The notes under the pieces: model-generated
The model's database searches: none
What the model was told of the DNA's origin: nothing
What the model saw: the letters and a program-made list of their open reading frames with translations, nothing else
Position numbers and translations under genes: made by a program
Source: an uncultured Armatimonadetes bacterium
GTDB taxonomy: Bacteria > Armatimonadota > UBA5829 > DTJY01
Assembly: GCA_963717145.1 (NCBI GenBank)
Contig: OY970325.1
Location: 3,392,001 to 3,456,000 of the forward strand
Direction of reading: 5' to 3'
DNA length: 64,000 nt
Part shown: positions 61,516 to 64,000 of the stretch, piece after piece
How the letters are laid out: the number at the start of each line of letters is the position of its first letter
How positions within the stretch are numbered: position 1 is the stretch's first letter

Positions 61516-62901
61516 TTACTTCAGGTTGGGATCGTATGCCGGGTTCGGGGTCGGCATGGGGGCGTCGACGGATTTGCGCCAGGCGGCGAGCTTCTTCCTG
61601 AGTTCCTCGGCCTTTTCGGGGACCTGCTGCGCCAGATCGCAAGTCTCGCTGAGATCGTTCCCCAGGTTGTACAGCTCGACTCGGCCGCCGTCTTCGAAGT
61701 ACTCGATCAGCTTCCAGTCGCCGGACCGGACCGCGCCGCCGGGGAATGCGCCCGCGGGATGGTAGTGCGGGTAGTGCCAGTAGATGTCCTTCCGCTCGAG
61801 TTTGCCCTTCTGCTTCAGGAGCGGGACGAAGCTGACGCCGTCCTTCGCGGTCTCAGCGCCTTTCTTGATGCCGGCGATCTCAAGGAGCGTGGGGAAGAAG
61901 TCGGTGCTAATCACGACGCCGTCGCAGGTCGTGCCGGGCTTCACGACTCCCGGCCAGCGCACGAACATCGGCTCGCGGATTCCGCCCTCGTAGAGCATGC
62001 ACTTCCCACCTCGGAGCGGCGCATTGGAGGTCGAGCTGAGAAGGCCGCCGTTGTCCGACATGAAGACCACCACCGTGTTATCGGTCAGCTTCAGGTCGTC
62101 GAGCTTCTTCATCAGCCGTCCGATGTTCTTGTCGGCATTCTCGATCATGGCCGCGTACACCGGCTTGCTCTGGACCGTGTCTGAGCCAGCCTTCTTCGTG
62201 TACTTTGCGACCAGTTCTTCCGGCGCCTGGAGCGGGGTGTGGACCGCGTGGTGTGGCAGATAGAGGAAGAACGGCGTGTCCTTGTTCCGATCGAGGAATT
62301 TCAGAGCCTCGTCCGTCAGGCGATCGGTCAGATATTCACCGTCCGGGCCGTCGGGGAGCGTGGTGATATTGAAGGGGTCGAAGTAGCTCGGCGGGCTGCC
62401 CCTGTGCGTGCCGCCGACATTTACATCGAAGCCCTGCTTGTCGGGATAGAACGGCTCCGTGCCGAGGTGCCACTTGCCGATGCTTCCTGTGGCGTACCCG
62501 TTCGCCTTGAGCACCTCGGCGATGGTGACCTCCTCGAGCGGAAGTTCCTGATGGAATGCGGGAACGAGCAGCTTCGGGTTCTGCTTCTTGTGGCCGGCGA
62601 TCCAGTCGGTGAGTTTGAGGCGGGCGGGGTACTTGCCGGTCATGATGCTGGCGCGCGTCGGGGAGCAGACGGGGCATGCGGCATAGGCGTTCGTGAACCT
62701 CATGCCCTGCCCGGCGAGCTTGTCGATGTTCGGCGTCTCGTGGTACGTGCTGCCGTAACAGCCCAGGTCGGCCCAGCCCATGTCGTCCATCAGGATGAAG
62801 ACGAAGTTCGGCTTCCGAGCGGCTTCCGCGGATCCAAGACCGCCGAATCCGCCGATCAGTGCCGCCGCCCCGAGTCCACTCAGGAATTCACGTCTGTTCA
62901 T
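61516..62901 (-). CDS. Tat sulfatase
   Basis: NRREFL, DDMGWAD, CSPTR, YWHYPHY. Confidence 0.93.
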   Translation of the reverse strand: MNRREFLSGLGAAALIGGFGGLGSAEAARKPNFVFILMDDMGWADLGCYGSTYHETPNIDKLAGQGMRFTNAYAACPVCSPTRASIMTGKYPARLKLTDWIAGHKKQNPKLLVPAFHQELPLEEVTIAEVLKANGYATGSIGKWHLGTEPFYPDKQGFDVNVGGTHRGSPPSYFDPFNITTLPDGPDGEYLTDRLTDEALKFLDRNKDTPFFLYLPHHAVHTPLQAPEELVAKYTKKAGSDTVQSKPVYAAMIENADKNIGRLMKKLDDLKLTDNTVVVFMSDNGGLLSSTSNAPLRGGKCMLYEGGIREPMFVRWPGVVKPGTTCDGVVISTDFFPTLLEIAGIKKGAETAKDGVSFVPLLKQKGKLERKDIYWHYPHYHPAGAFPGGAVRSGDWKLIEYFEDGGRVELYNLGNDLSETCDLAQQVPEKAEELRKKLAAWRKSVDAPMPTPNPAYDPNLK

Positions 62902-62938
62902 AGGAAACCTCCCACTTCAACCCTTTGCGCACCAACAA

Positions 62939-63052
62939 CCGTGAGTCCTGAGTGCGCCGGTGAATGACGGCGTGTATCGAAGGACGGCTCGGTGGAGTAA
63001 GGCCGCCCTTCGATACACGCCGTCATTCACCGGCGCACTCAGGACTAGACGG
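62939..63052. repeat. Copy of the 48283 family
   Basis: cctgagtgcgccggtgaatgacggcgtgtatcgaagg and its reverse complement. Confidence 0.9.
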
Positions 63053-63079
63053 TGCCTATCCCATTACTCCACCACTCCC

Positions 63080-63583
63080 TCACTCCACTCCCACGTTCTC
63101 CGCGATGCGGTCGACGACCTGCTGGTGTGAGAGGTCGGAACAGTCGAGAATCACGTCGGCGTATCGTTCATAGAGCGGCAGTCGCTCCGCGTACATGTCG
63201 CGGAATGTCTGCGGGGATGGCAGCACGACACCCCGCGTGTCGAGGTCCTCGATCCGGCGGAGGAGAACCTCGCAGGGCAGGTTGAGGAAGACGACCCTGC
63301 CGATCGACCTCAGGTGAGCCATCGCCACCGGGCTGTAGACGACGCTCCCGCCGGTCGCGATCACATGCCGACCGAGGTCGAGCGCCAGGATGTGCCGCTC
63401 CTCGATCTCGCGGAAGGCATCCGTACCCTCGGCATCAAGGATCGCCTGCAGGCGGCGTCCCTCCGCGGCCTGGATCAGGATGTCGGTATCGGCGAACGGC
63501 ATCGAGAGCGCCTTCGCGAGGAGCACTCCGACGGTGCTCTTACCGACGCCCGGCGGCCCGATGAGAATGACGTTTCCGTTCAT
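63080..63583 (-). CDS. aroK: Shikimate kinase
   Basis: GPPGVGKST, DTD, VIATGGSVV, ERLPLYERYAD. Confidence 0.9.
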   Translation of the reverse strand: MNGNVILIGPPGVGKSTVGVLLAKALSMPFADTDILIQAAEGRRLQAILDAEGTDAFREIEERHILALDLGRHVIATGGSVVYSPVAMAHLRSIGRVVFLNLPCEVLLRRIEDLDTRGVVLPSPQTFRDMYAERLPLYERYADVILDCSDLSHQQVVDRIAENVGVE

Positions 63584-64000
63584 CCGTCGAGTTCCTTCAA
63601 GACCATCACGCCATACGGCGGGACGTCGATTCCGCCCTCATGCTCCCTGCCGGTCAGCAGATCGACCACCGGCCCGCGAGTCACCAGTCCGCCGGCGCGG
63701 TTCTCGACCTCGACGACCACCATGCCCCGGCCCGAGTCGCCCTCGCGCGGCACGACGATGAGGCTCTCGGTCGCTTCGGCGGTGCGATGGATCCCCGCCG
63801 TCTGACCGATTGCTGCGAGCAGGAGTTGCAGGTCCTTCGGCTGAGGCATCGTGCCCAGCACGACGATCTGTCCCTTGCCCATCTTGCGCTGTGCGACTGC
63901 CGCGAGCCCCTTCATCGGGCCCTCGGTGTATGTGGCGAGCGCCGCTGCCCCCTGAGTTCGAAGCTGTCGTACTGCACCGAGCCCTGCGACTCCCGACCGT
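63580..64000 (-). CDS. C-terminus of a GH42-like beta-galactosidase (partial)
   Basis: ATYTEGPMKGLAAV..KMGKGQIVVLGT, VDLLTG, VPPYGVMVL. Confidence 0.6.
   Translation of the reverse strand, partial: RSGVAGLGAVRQLRTQGAAALATYTEGPMKGLAAVAQRKMGKGQIVVLGTMPQPKDLQLLLAAIGQTAGIHRTAEATESLIVVPREGDSGRGMVVVEVENRAGGLVTRGPVVDLLTGREHEGGIDVPPYGVMVLKELDG

Overview
GC-rich bacterial genomic DNA. Gene content suggests an Armatimonadota- or PVC-like polysaccharide degrader (inference only). The many single-base indels inside otherwise intact genes look like long-read or MAG errors. Coding content is mostly carbohydrate and sulfate catabolism: 10 sulfatases (eight in tandem paralog pairs, most with Tat signals), a sugar ABC operon with amidohydrolases and a DegT aminotransferase, GH29/GH36-like/GH42 hydrolases, a sialate O-acetylesterase and PHP hydrolases. 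It also carries rsmA, a YabE/RpfB-like G5-3D gene, galE, aroK, a TsrM-like B12 radical SAM enzyme, hicB with a truncated hicA, and two lower-GC inserts. The most unusual signal is non-coding. Almost every intergenic gap holds a palindromic element from one of more than 10 families. These elements nest inside each other, fuse to stop codons, sit in-frame inside proteins, gain locus-specific inverted flanks, and in one case two arms bracket 3.6 kb of genes. No transposase is present in the window. The 15.3-16.0 kb gap also holds a candidate ~150-nt sRNA (own promoter and terminator, anti-SD-like loop) and a candidate switch leader for the G5-3D/rsmA operon. All calls come from reading the sequence; no searches were run.
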